From an uncultured Syntrophobacter sp. (GTDB lineage: Bacteria > Desulfobacterota > Desulfofervidia > Desulfofervidales > DG-60): a stretch of DNA of 40,596 nt. Below, one piece after another: positions 30,746 to 38,161 of the stretch (position 1 is its first letter; every line of letters starts with the position of its first letter). The notes under the pieces were generated by a model that did no database searches, was not told the origin of the DNA, and was given only the letters and a program-made list of their open reading frames with translations. The position numbers and the translations under genes were made by a program. Location: NCBI GenBank assembly GCA_964573345.1, contig CAZNJP010000001.1:1-40596 (forward strand), in the 5' to 3' direction.

Positions 30746-31567
30746 TCATGCAGCTATCTTTTGTATAACATCATTTGGACATTTTTCTATACATTTTAAT
30801 TCACATACCTCTGGCTTACATTTTTCTGGATTTACAATAGATAAAAATTTATCAATAGTAATAGCCTTTTCAGGACAACTTTTCCTGCAAATACCACAGC
30901 CCTGACAACCTACCTCACAGATGGCCTTTACTATTTTTCCCGAATCATGTGAATTACAGGGAACATATACATTTTGCGAAACAGGTAAAAGATGAGGAAC
31001 ACCCCTGGGACATACCCTTACACATGTGCCACAACCTACACACTTTTCTATATCCACTTTAGGTAATCCGTCTTCCCCCATAGTCATGGCGCCAAATGGG
31101 CAATTTCTTACACAAGTGCCTAGACCTAAACAACCATATTCACAATCCTTAACCCCTCCAGCTACCAAGGCCGCTGCCCGGCAATCCTCTATCCCCATAT
31201 ATTCAAATCTTCTCTTTGCTTTATCAGGAGTACCACGGCACAAAATCCTTGCCACCTTCTTCTCTTCTGCCTCCTCTAAGGCTACACCCATAATCTTTGC
31301 TATTTCGCTATAGTTTTCCGGGCCTACCAGAATGCAAGCCGTCACTGGAGCCTTTCCCTCTACAATAGCTGCTGCACAGTCTGAGCAACCAGCATATCCG
31401 CAGCCACCACAGTTTGCCCCTCCTAAGAATTCTTCTACTTCTCTTATCCTAGGGTCTACATACACATAGAATACCCTAGCTGCTATCCCCAAGCCAATAG
31501 CAAATATAGCAGCCAGCCCCCCCATTACTATCATAGGAGGAATGGTTGACTTAAGTAGTTCTACCAA
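30746..31567 (-). CDS. rnfB: Rnf electron transport complex subunit B
   Basis: Has an N-terminal TM helix, the RnfB Fe-S motif CGGCGYAGCSDCA and several CxxCxxCxxxCP ferredoxin motifs. The TTG start lies 6 nt after GGAGG. Confidence 0.9.
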   Translation of the reverse strand: MVELLKSTIPPMIVMGGLAAIFAIGLGIAARVFYVYVDPRIREVEEFLGGANCGGCGYAGCSDCAAAIVEGKAPVTACILVGPENYSEIAKIMGVALEEAEEKKVARILCRGTPDKAKRRFEYMGIEDCRAAALVAGGVKDCEYGCLGLGTCVRNCPFGAMTMGEDGLPKVDIEKCVGCGTCVRVCPRGVPHLLPVSQNVYVPCNSHDSGKIVKAICEVGCQGCGICRKSCPEKAITIDKFLSIVNPEKCKPEVCELKCIEKCPNDVIQKIAA

Positions 31568-31688
31568 TTTTGACCTCCAAAATAGTTAGTTGATTAGTTA
31601 AATCGTTGACTTTAAATAGTTTTTTCATTCATCAAGTTTTTTGCTAGCCGATTTAACGATTTTCGATTTAACAATTTAACCATCATCA
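31568..31688 (-). repeat. AT-rich palindromic intergenic element, family 1, filling the rnfA|rnfB spacer
   Basis: The minus strand reads aaaatcgttaaatcg ... gatgaatg ... actatttaa ... caacgattt ... aactattttggagg. The same ordered blocks occur at 36398-36478. Confidence 0.75.
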
Positions 31689-32285
31689 TTAAACTAATCC
31701 AGCAAAGGCAAAAAATGACATGCCTATAAAGCCTGCTGTAATCAAACCTATAGCTGTTCCTGTAAAGTTTTCAGGAATCCTGGCATAAGCAAATCTCTCT
31801 CTAATTGCTGCAAATAAAACAAGCGCTAAAGCAAAGCCAGTGGCTGAGGCAAAAGAAAATATAGTTGATTGTAAGAGGTCAAATTCTTCTCTTATATTTA
31901 AGATGCATGTACCAAATATGGCACAGTTTGTAGTAATTAAAGGGAGAAAAATACCAAGTGCCCTATAAAGTGGGGGGCTTACCTTCTTTATCACTGTCTC
32001 AACAAGTTGAACAAATACTGCAATAACCAATATAAAGGCCAATGTTTGAATGTAAACAACCTTAAATGGCTCTAGAAGATAGGTTTGGCAAAGCCAGGTA
32101 AGAGGGCCAGCACAAGTAAGGACAAATATTACACCAAGTGACATGCCTACTGCGGTGTCCATCTTTTTTGATACCCCTAAGAATGGGCAATTTCCTAAAA
32201 ATCTAATTAAAAGGATGTTGTTTATAAATACAGCAGCAACTATTAGCATTAAATAATCTGAAAATGTCCATACCTCTTGTTCCAT
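31689..32285 (-). CDS. rnfA: Rnf electron transport complex subunit A
   Basis: Collinear with E. coli RsxA: FLGNCPFLGVSKK, LGIFLPLITTNCAIFG and AAIRERF. Confidence 0.95.
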   Translation of the reverse strand: MEQEVWTFSDYLMLIVAAVFINNILLIRFLGNCPFLGVSKKMDTAVGMSLGVIFVLTCAGPLTWLCQTYLLEPFKVVYIQTLAFILVIAVFVQLVETVIKKVSPPLYRALGIFLPLITTNCAIFGTCILNIREEFDLLQSTIFSFASATGFALALVLFAAIRERFAYARIPENFTGTAIGLITAGFIGMSFFAFAGLV

Positions 32286-32300
32286 GTTTTACCCCTTTTA

Positions 32301-32903
32301 TTACATTTCCTTCTTTTCACCAAGAAGATTCATAATCCCTAACATAAGGCCCAAAACAGCAAAGGCACCAGGTGGCTTTTGCAGGAATGTGAATGGCTCA
32401 AATCCACTCCACATAATGTAATGACCCCAAAATGTACCTTTACCAAATATCTCTCTGAATGTAGCCATTGCTACAAGGCTTATAGTAAACCCTAATCCCA
32501 TACCAAGACCATCTGCTATAGAATAACTTAGTGGATTTCTGGCCTTAGAGGCAAATGCCTCTGCCCTACCTAAAACAATACAGTTTACCACAATTAGAGG
32601 GATGAATATCCCTAAAGATAGATAAAGTTCATAAGCAAAGGCCTGAGTTGCTAGTTCTACAATAACCACAAAGGTAGCTATGACTGCAATAAAACAGGCA
32701 ATCCTTACCTGGTCAGGAATAATCTTCTTTAAGAGGGAAATAATTATATTAGAGCCGGTTACAACAAAGGTCAGACAAAGCCCCATGCCAAAACCATCTT
32801 TTACTGTAGTGCTACAGGCGAGTGTAGGACATAACCCTAATACAAAACGAAATGGTGGGATATCACTCCATAAACCTTTGGTAAACTCCTTTGCTAATCC
32901 CAT
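32301..32903 (-). CDS. rnfE: Rnf electron transport complex subunit E
   Basis: Collinear with RsxE: LGLCPTLA, LGIFIPLIVVNCIVLGRAEAFA and PPGAF. Confidence 0.95.
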   Translation of the reverse strand: MGLAKEFTKGLWSDIPPFRFVLGLCPTLACSTTVKDGFGMGLCLTFVVTGSNIIISLLKKIIPDQVRIACFIAVIATFVVIVELATQAFAYELYLSLGIFIPLIVVNCIVLGRAEAFASKARNPLSYSIADGLGMGLGFTISLVAMATFREIFGKGTFWGHYIMWSGFEPFTFLQKPPGAFAVLGLMLGIMNLLGEKKEM

Positions 32904-32908
32904 TTTAT

Positions 32909-33466
32909 CTAACCTCTTATTTCTTTCTTTATTTTTGAAAAAAGCTTCATTCCATTACTTACTCCCTCTGTTATAGCAGTAGAGGTCTCAGTAGACCCAC
33001 TTACTGCTTGGATCTCTCCTTCTATATCGCTCTCCAGTGTCTTTCCCTTAAATTGTCCTAAAAATTCATCTGACTTTACAGGCTTATCACCGATACCGGG
33101 TGTCTCAGCATGGCTTACTACAGTTATCCCCAAAATTTTTCCTTCCAGTGTCAAACCCAACATTACCTCTACAGGCCCACCATGCCCTGTGCCTATTCCT
33201 GTATAGCCAATGGCTATTAATTTACCACCCTTTTTTGCTGGGAATACAGTAACTATCTTTTCTTCAGTAATTTTGACCTTTATCCTTTCCAAGATAGGGT
33301 CATTGTCATAGCTTGGAAATACGGCCTCTACTGCAGGGGCTACTAAAAGTTTAATCTTTTGATATTCTATCCTATCCTTTGTTGCCCCTCTTACAAATGT
33401 CAGAAAAAATGCACAACCTACACAGATACTAGTTAAAACCACTGCTAATCTTAAAATTTCACGCAA
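32909..33466 (-). CDS. rnfG: Rnf electron transport complex subunit G (FMN-binding)
   Basis: Has a signal-anchor, an FMN_bind domain and the flavinylation-type motif VSGSTETS near the C-terminus. Confidence 0.85.
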   Translation of the reverse strand: MREILRLAVVLTSICVGCAFFLTFVRGATKDRIEYQKIKLLVAPAVEAVFPSYDNDPILERIKVKITEEKIVTVFPAKKGGKLIAIGYTGIGTGHGGPVEVMLGLTLEGKILGITVVSHAETPGIGDKPVKSDEFLGQFKGKTLESDIEGEIQAVSGSTETSTAITEGVSNGMKLFSKIKKEIRG

Positions 33467-34472
33467 CTTTTACCCTCCCAAAAGGCTTAGGTTTAAATAT
33501 CAAATCAACTAATGGGGTAAATGCATTCATTACCAAAACACAAAACCAGATAGGGTCTATCCAACTCCCCCAGATTCTTCCTATCATAACAATTAAGCCC
33601 AAAAGGACACCGAGTATAAGCATTGGCCATCTGGTCATAGGACTGGTCACTGAATCAGTAGCTATAAAAAACGCTGCTAACAGTGTTCCACTGCTCAAGA
33701 GTTGTACTAATACATAAGGGTAAAGAAATTCCCCTCCTTTAAATAAAATAGAAAATAGAATTATAGAGGCCAAAAAACTTACTGGAATATGCCAAGTTAT
33801 ATATCTTCTCCATAAAAGAATACCGCCACCAATAATAATAGCTAATGCAGAAATTTGTCCAATACAACCTATCAGTGGTTCTCCTGGAAAAATTGGTTTC
33901 CATGAAATTAGTAGCTTAAAAAAAAGGTTTATTTTTGCCCCAATGCCTTCCAGGCTTTCAATCCCATATTGCTCAGCAAAATAGACATAGTCTTCTACTA
34001 AGGCACTTACCCCTTCTAGTTTAGTTACCCCGAATATGCTACCTGATATATCAAAATAGCTAGGAAATGATAGCCTTAAACCAGCCCAGCCTATAAGAAC
34101 TGGATTAAATGGATTGCTACCCAATCCTCCATAAACATGCTTTCCAAGGAGCATGCCGACAAACACGCCCAAAATAACCATCCACCAAGGTAGAGTAGGA
34201 GGAAGAATTAAGGCAAAGAGAAGGCCCATCAAAACAGCACTTCCATCCGTTATGGTAATCTCTCTTTTCATTATTTTTTGAAGACCTGCCTCAAAGACAA
34301 CAGCAGATAAAATAGCAATTATAATTACTTTTACAGCGTTTACGCCAAAAAAATATATACCAGAAATTACAGCAGGAATAAGGGCTGCTATAGTGATAAA
34401 CATCATCTTGGGAATAGTTTCAGCACTTTGGACATGGGGATGTAATGAAACAATAAGCTTTTCTTCCCTCAT
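33459..34472 (-). CDS. rnfD: Rnf electron transport complex subunit D
   Basis: Polytopic NqrB/RnfD pattern including ATDSVTSPMT. I set the start at the ATG at 34472, which forms an ATGA overlap with the rnfC stop. The listed longer ORF overlaps rnfC. Confidence 0.9.
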   Translation of the reverse strand: MREEKLIVSLHPHVQSAETIPKMMFITIAALIPAVISGIYFFGVNAVKVIIIAILSAVVFEAGLQKIMKREITITDGSAVLMGLLFALILPPTLPWWMVILGVFVGMLLGKHVYGGLGSNPFNPVLIGWAGLRLSFPSYFDISGSIFGVTKLEGVSALVEDYVYFAEQYGIESLEGIGAKINLFFKLLISWKPIFPGEPLIGCIGQISALAIIIGGGILLWRRYITWHIPVSFLASIILFSILFKGGEFLYPYVLVQLLSSGTLLAAFFIATDSVTSPMTRWPMLILGVLLGLIVMIGRIWGSWIDPIWFCVLVMNAFTPLVDLIFKPKPFGRVKVA

Positions 34473-35794
34473 TTTTCCTCTTTCTCCAATTTTTCTAATT
34501 GGGATTTCCCATATTTTATCCAATGAAGTAATGGTATTTTTGCTGGACAAACATAGGCACAACAACTGCATTCTATACAATAAGATAATCCATAGTCTTC
34601 CGCCTTTTCAAACAAATCTACTTCACAATATTGGCTAATTATATTGGGCAAAAGGTTCATGGGACAAACATCTATACACCACTTACAATTAATGCACTTT
34701 TGTCTGGAAATAGTAGCTAGATCAGACTCTAATTGAACAAATACCCCAGATGTCTCTTTGCTTACAGGGATTTCTGTAGTATATTGAGCTAGTCCCATTA
34801 AAGGGCCACCTATAATTACTTTTGCTACCTCTCCATTTATCCCTCCACAATGCTCAATCACATCCTTTATAGGGGTGCCTATCCTTACCTTGAGATTTTT
34901 TGGGCTATTTACTGCACCAGTAACAGTAATCACCTTGTCAATCACAGGCCTCTCTTCCTTTACCGCATCCAATATGGCCAAAATTGTCTCAGCACCAAAT
35001 ATACTTACTCCTATATCCTCAGGGATACCGTTTGGAGAGGGCACCTCTTTACCTAAAACTGCCTTGACCAAAGGTCTGTCCATGGCCTGAGGAAATTTTG
35101 CCTTAAGCACTGCTAGCTCTGCTACAGGTGAAATGGCAGAAGAAGCCCTTTCTTTCATCTCAGCATCTTTATCTTCAATAGCAAAATAGACAGAGGGAAC
35201 ATTAGATACCTTTTTAAGTATTTCTATTCCTTCAGCTATATCTTGAACTCTTTCTAAAATGAGTCTTTTTCTTACACTCAAAAATGGTTCTATATCAATT
35301 CCACTTACAATAATAGTATTCACAGACTTATCCTTTATTAGACCCAACTTGGCAGAAACAGGCACTGCATCAATGCCAAAATCTACTACACCTGCTTTTT
35401 CAATTAATGATAATAATTTTTCAGAACTTTTATTTGGGTAATTGGCCTTTGTTTCAGGCGGAGCTACCCATTCGTCCTTACCATCTGATTCTATGGTCAC
35501 TGCCGAGACATACCTGCCCCTAATATCTGGGAACCTTTTAGTTACTTCAATTACCTTTCCTGAGACAGTAGCATGAATAGAGGCTTGTTCAGGACTGACG
35601 CTTTCTGCTATAACCTGCCCTACCTTTACCTCTTCCCCCTTTTTTACTGTTGCCTTACATTCCTTCCCATTGTGCTGCTTTAAAGGAATAGTGGCTTTTG
35701 GAGGGGGTAGGAGCTCTTCTATGGGGGTATCAATTTCATTAACAGAAAAAACCCCATTACTCAGACCACCTTTAAATGTACCACCTTTCATCAT
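34469..35794 (-). CDS. rnfC: Rnf electron transport complex subunit C
   Basis: Has an N-terminal barrel-sandwich region, a SLBB/NADH-binding-like middle and two 4Fe-4S motifs (CINCKWCIDVCP and CIECSCCAYVCP). Confidence 0.9.
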   Translation of the reverse strand: MMKGGTFKGGLSNGVFSVNEIDTPIEELLPPPKATIPLKQHNGKECKATVKKGEEVKVGQVIAESVSPEQASIHATVSGKVIEVTKRFPDIRGRYVSAVTIESDGKDEWVAPPETKANYPNKSSEKLLSLIEKAGVVDFGIDAVPVSAKLGLIKDKSVNTIIVSGIDIEPFLSVRKRLILERVQDIAEGIEILKKVSNVPSVYFAIEDKDAEMKERASSAISPVAELAVLKAKFPQAMDRPLVKAVLGKEVPSPNGIPEDIGVSIFGAETILAILDAVKEERPVIDKVITVTGAVNSPKNLKVRIGTPIKDVIEHCGGINGEVAKVIIGGPLMGLAQYTTEIPVSKETSGVFVQLESDLATISRQKCINCKWCIDVCPMNLLPNIISQYCEVDLFEKAEDYGLSYCIECSCCAYVCPAKIPLLHWIKYGKSQLEKLEKEEK

Positions 35795-35824
35795 TCACCC
35801 TGTTTTGAAATCAGAATGAGACTA

Positions 35825-35853
35825 TCTATAGCACTAGCTTATCTTTATGTCAA
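35825..35853 (-). promoter_or_regulatory. Candidate sigma70-type promoter of the rnf operon
   Basis: The minus strand reads TTGACA (35853-35848), then a 17-nt spacer, then TATAGA (35830-35825). That is about 30 nt upstream of the rnfC ATG, with an AGGGTGA SD-like sequence in between. Confidence 0.5.
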
Positions 35854-35861
35854 GCAATTTT

Positions 35862-36392
35862 TTATTTTTTACGTTCTAAAGTACCTAATCTCTTTACAAT
35901 GTCTGCCAAAACTTCACTTATTTTGTCTAACTTTTGTTTTAATTCTGCCAAATCAGTGTTGCTTGCCCCACTGTAGCCTACATTCCAGGATCTCATGCCA
36001 CGTCCCATGCCCATGCCACGTCCCATGCCGCCTCCTGTACCAAAAGTAGGTGGCACATATTCTGGTACAGGTGAAAGGCGGCCTTGCTTATATTGCTCTA
36101 CTATATCCTTAATCTTCCCACTAACTCCTGCAATTACCTTAATGCCTGCTGCCATAAATGCCTGTTGGGCCCTTGGTCCTATATTGCCTGTTATTACCAC
36201 TTGAGCCCCATTTTGGGCAATTAACTGGGCTGCCTGAGGCCCTACTCCTCTTAACCCATCCATATATGGATTTTCTACTGCCTCAAAAGACATGGTCTCA
36301 GGCTCTAAAAAAATAAAGTAAGGGGCCCGGCCCAGACGAGGATCGACCTCAGCATCTAGAAAAGAACCTGTAGCACTAATGGCTATCTTCAT
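35862..36392 (-). CDS. NifB/NifX/NafY-type (dinitrogenase FeMo-cofactor-binding fold) small protein with a DUF5320-like C-terminal tail
   Basis: The N-terminal ~110 aa match the small NifX-like family (MKIAISATG, LGRAPYFIF, GAQVVITGNIGPRA, GIKV). The C-terminal ~60 aa are a GMGRGMGMGRGM repeat plus an amphipathic helix (LAELKQKLDKISEVLADIVKRL), like the neighbouring DUF5320 protein. Confidence 0.75.
   Translation of the reverse strand: MKIAISATGSFLDAEVDPRLGRAPYFIFLEPETMSFEAVENPYMDGLRGVGPQAAQLIAQNGAQVVITGNIGPRAQQAFMAAGIKVIAGVSGKIKDIVEQYKQGRLSPVPEYVPPTFGTGGGMGRGMGMGRGMRSWNVGYSGASNTDLAELKQKLDKISEVLADIVKRLGTLERKK
35994..36029 (-). repeat. Perfect 18-bp in-frame tandem duplication encoding (GMGRGM)x2
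   Basis: catgccacgtcccatgcc occurs at 35994-36011 and again at 36012-36029. Confidence 0.95.
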
Positions 36393-36397
36393 TACAA

Positions 36398-36478
36398 CCT
36401 CCTAAAAATAGTTAATTTCAAATCGTTGATTCGTTAATTAGTCAAATAGTAAAACCATTCATCGATTTCACGATTTTA
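36398..36478 (-). repeat. AT-rich palindromic intergenic element, family 1, in the DUF5320|nifX-like spacer
   Basis: The minus strand reads aaaatcgtgaaatcg gatgaatg ... actatttga ... caacgattt ... aactatttttaggagg, in the same block order as 31568-31688. Confidence 0.75.
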
Positions 36479-36518
36479 GGCTTTGTTATTTTTTATATCC
36501 TGTATTGTGTATCCTGCA

Positions 36519-36863
36519 TCATGCAGTTTCTCCCTTTGCTGACTCTAATTCCTTAATGCGATTTGAAATAGCATTAAGCTGTTGTTCTAAAAAACTGGCC
36601 TGGTCTTTAAGCAAGCTTAACTCCTGTTCAGGGGCTGCACCAGGATAAACAGGGGTTATGCCTGGAGTATAACCATATCTCCTCCACCCTGGAAGCCCTG
36701 TGGTCCAATATTGCCAGCGAAAGCCTCTTCCTCTTCCTCGGCCTAGACCTAATCTAGGTCCTGGGTTTGCATAGCCAGGCACACCATAACCTCCACAATA
36801 ACCCATCCCCCTACCTGTCATAGGGCCAAGCCCAAAAGGACCGGTACCATTACCTGCCGGCAT
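36519..36863 (-). CDS. DUF5320-family protein (Gly/Arg/Met-rich N-terminus, C-terminal coiled coil)
   Basis: MPAGNGTGPFGLGPMTGRGMGYCGGYG ... GRGRGRGFRW ... LLKDQASFLEQQLNAISNRIKELE matches the characteristic DUF5320 layout. I prefer the ATG at 36863, preceded by GGAGGTG, over the listed GTG at 36872. Confidence 0.7.
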   Translation of the reverse strand: MPAGNGTGPFGLGPMTGRGMGYCGGYGVPGYANPGPRLGLGRGRGRGFRWQYWTTGLPGWRRYGYTPGITPVYPGAAPEQELSLLKDQASFLEQQLNAISNRIKELESAKGETA

Positions 36864-36872
36864 ATCTCTCAC

Positions 36873-36975
36873 CTCCTTTTTTTAGTTAATCAGTTTATTT
36901 AGTTTATCGGTTAAATGATTATTCACCAACTGACTTACTGACAGACTGACCTACTGAGTAACTGAACTAAATAAC
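36873..36975 (-). repeat. AT-rich palindromic intergenic element, family 2
   Basis: The minus strand reads gtcagtctgtcagtaagtcagt ... gaataa ... aaactgattaact ... aaaaaaaggagg. It is homologous to 26363-26447. The 5' arm overlaps the stop codon of the DUF89 remnant. Confidence 0.7.
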
Positions 36976-37301
36976 CTACATACATTTTCTTTTCCCTCCT
37001 TAACTTTTATATGTATTATAAACATATCGGAGATGGATGACAAGCTCCCCAACTCCTGTCCTATATCCCTGGCTATTACTGGACACTTCACCTTTAAGAG
37101 AAATGCAATAGGCCTCTTTTCTTCACTGAGTGTTTCATAATTTCCCTGGCCTTTTGCTATAATCAAGTCAGCATTATTATAATGCATCAAAAATTCCTGG
37201 CTACAAAGGGAAAGTATAGTGCCAGGTACTTCAGAACCATTATCTATAACATTTACTAAATCTGTAAGGGTTACGGCTTTCGTTAGATTTTTAAAGGTTA
37301 T
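36951..37301 (-). pseudogene. DUF89 (ARMT1-like damage-control phosphatase) 3' fragment with no start codon
   Basis: The open frame from 37301 reads ...VIDNGSEVPGTILSLCSQEFLMHYNNADLIIAKGQGNYETL...FLLKVKCPVIARDIG. This matches the C-terminal third of DUF89 proteins (the D-L-x-I-x-K-G-x-G-N-Y-E motif). The frame closes at a stop (37302-37304) that lies inside the cpoB 3' end, so the N-terminal ~60 % is missing. Confidence 0.6.
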
Positions 37302-38076
37302 TTAATTTCCTTTGTGCAATCTTGGCTTGCTCTGTCTTTGGATATTTTTTTATCAACTGTTTAAGTAAAATCTTGGCTGTATCTTTATCACCTAGGGCTG
37401 CAAAAGAAAGGCCCTGTTTTAGCAATGCCCCAGGAATCTTGGTATTTTTAGGGTATTTTTTTATTGCCTTTTGATATGCCAAAATGGCTTCTTCAAATCG
37501 CTTTTGAGAAAAATAGGCTTCACCTATCCAAAATTGGGCATTTCCTGCAAGAGAAGAATTTGGGTATTCTTTTAACAATTTTTCAAATAATTCTCTAGCA
37601 TTTTTATATTTACTCTTTTTGTAAAAATTTAAGGCCTCTTGATATACACCTTTAGGACCCATAAGTTTGAATTCGGTAGCCTTTAAAGCGGCCTTCTGTT
37701 CTGCTAATAATCTTTCTAGGCCCTGAACCCTCTTTTCCAAGGAGCTCAATTGTGCAACCAAGACCTCTTTTTCCTTATTGGTTTCATCTATCAATTTTTT
37801 TAGCTTGTAGTCATTTTCTTCCAATCTTCCACTTAATCTATTCAAACTAGTTTGAAAGTCGCCAAATTGAACAAGAAAATCTGCTTTTTGAGTACTTTTA
37901 GTCTCCTTTTCTAATTTTGCTAATTGTTTAGTTAAGCTGGTATTTTTTCTTCCTAATATATCCAGTCTATTGTCTATGTCTATAAGTTGCTTTTCTATCA
38001 GTGTTACATCATTTTTTGTAGCACATCCAGCAGTAATAATAGTAATTAATAAAAAAAAGATTAAAATCCTTCCCAT
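37291..38076 (-). CDS. cpoB: Tol-Pal system protein CpoB/YbgF (coiled coil plus TPR), predicted lipoprotein
   Basis: Has an N-terminal coiled-coil region and a C-terminal YbgF-type TPR (AQFWIGEAYF, YPKNTKIPGALLKQG). The start is set at MGRIL (38076), with the lipobox-like ITAGC. Confidence 0.75.
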   Translation of the reverse strand: MGRILIFFLLITIITAGCATKNDVTLIEKQLIDIDNRLDILGRKNTSLTKQLAKLEKETKSTQKADFLVQFGDFQTSLNRLSGRLEENDYKLKKLIDETNKEKEVLVAQLSSLEKRVQGLERLLAEQKAALKATEFKLMGPKGVYQEALNFYKKSKYKNARELFEKLLKEYPNSSLAGNAQFWIGEAYFSQKRFEEAILAYQKAIKKYPKNTKIPGALLKQGLSFAALGDKDTAKILLKQLIKKYPKTEQAKIAQRKLNNL

Positions 38077-38161
38077 TTTCAAGTCTCCCCTTTGAACCTT
38101 AACATTGACCGTCATCCTTTTGTTAACAGCCAGTTAGGGCTCTTCAAACGGGAACCGTGAA

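Noticed and set aside
34473-34580. The longer rnfD start overlapping rnfC by about 110 nt
   Set aside because: The ATG at 34472 gives the usual ATGA stop-start overlap with rnfC and a normal RnfD N-terminus.
35995-36204. The Pro/Met-rich ORF MPRPMPMPRPMPPP on the plus strand
   Set aside because: It is the antisense reading of the GMGRGM repeat in the NifX-like gene and has no independent support.
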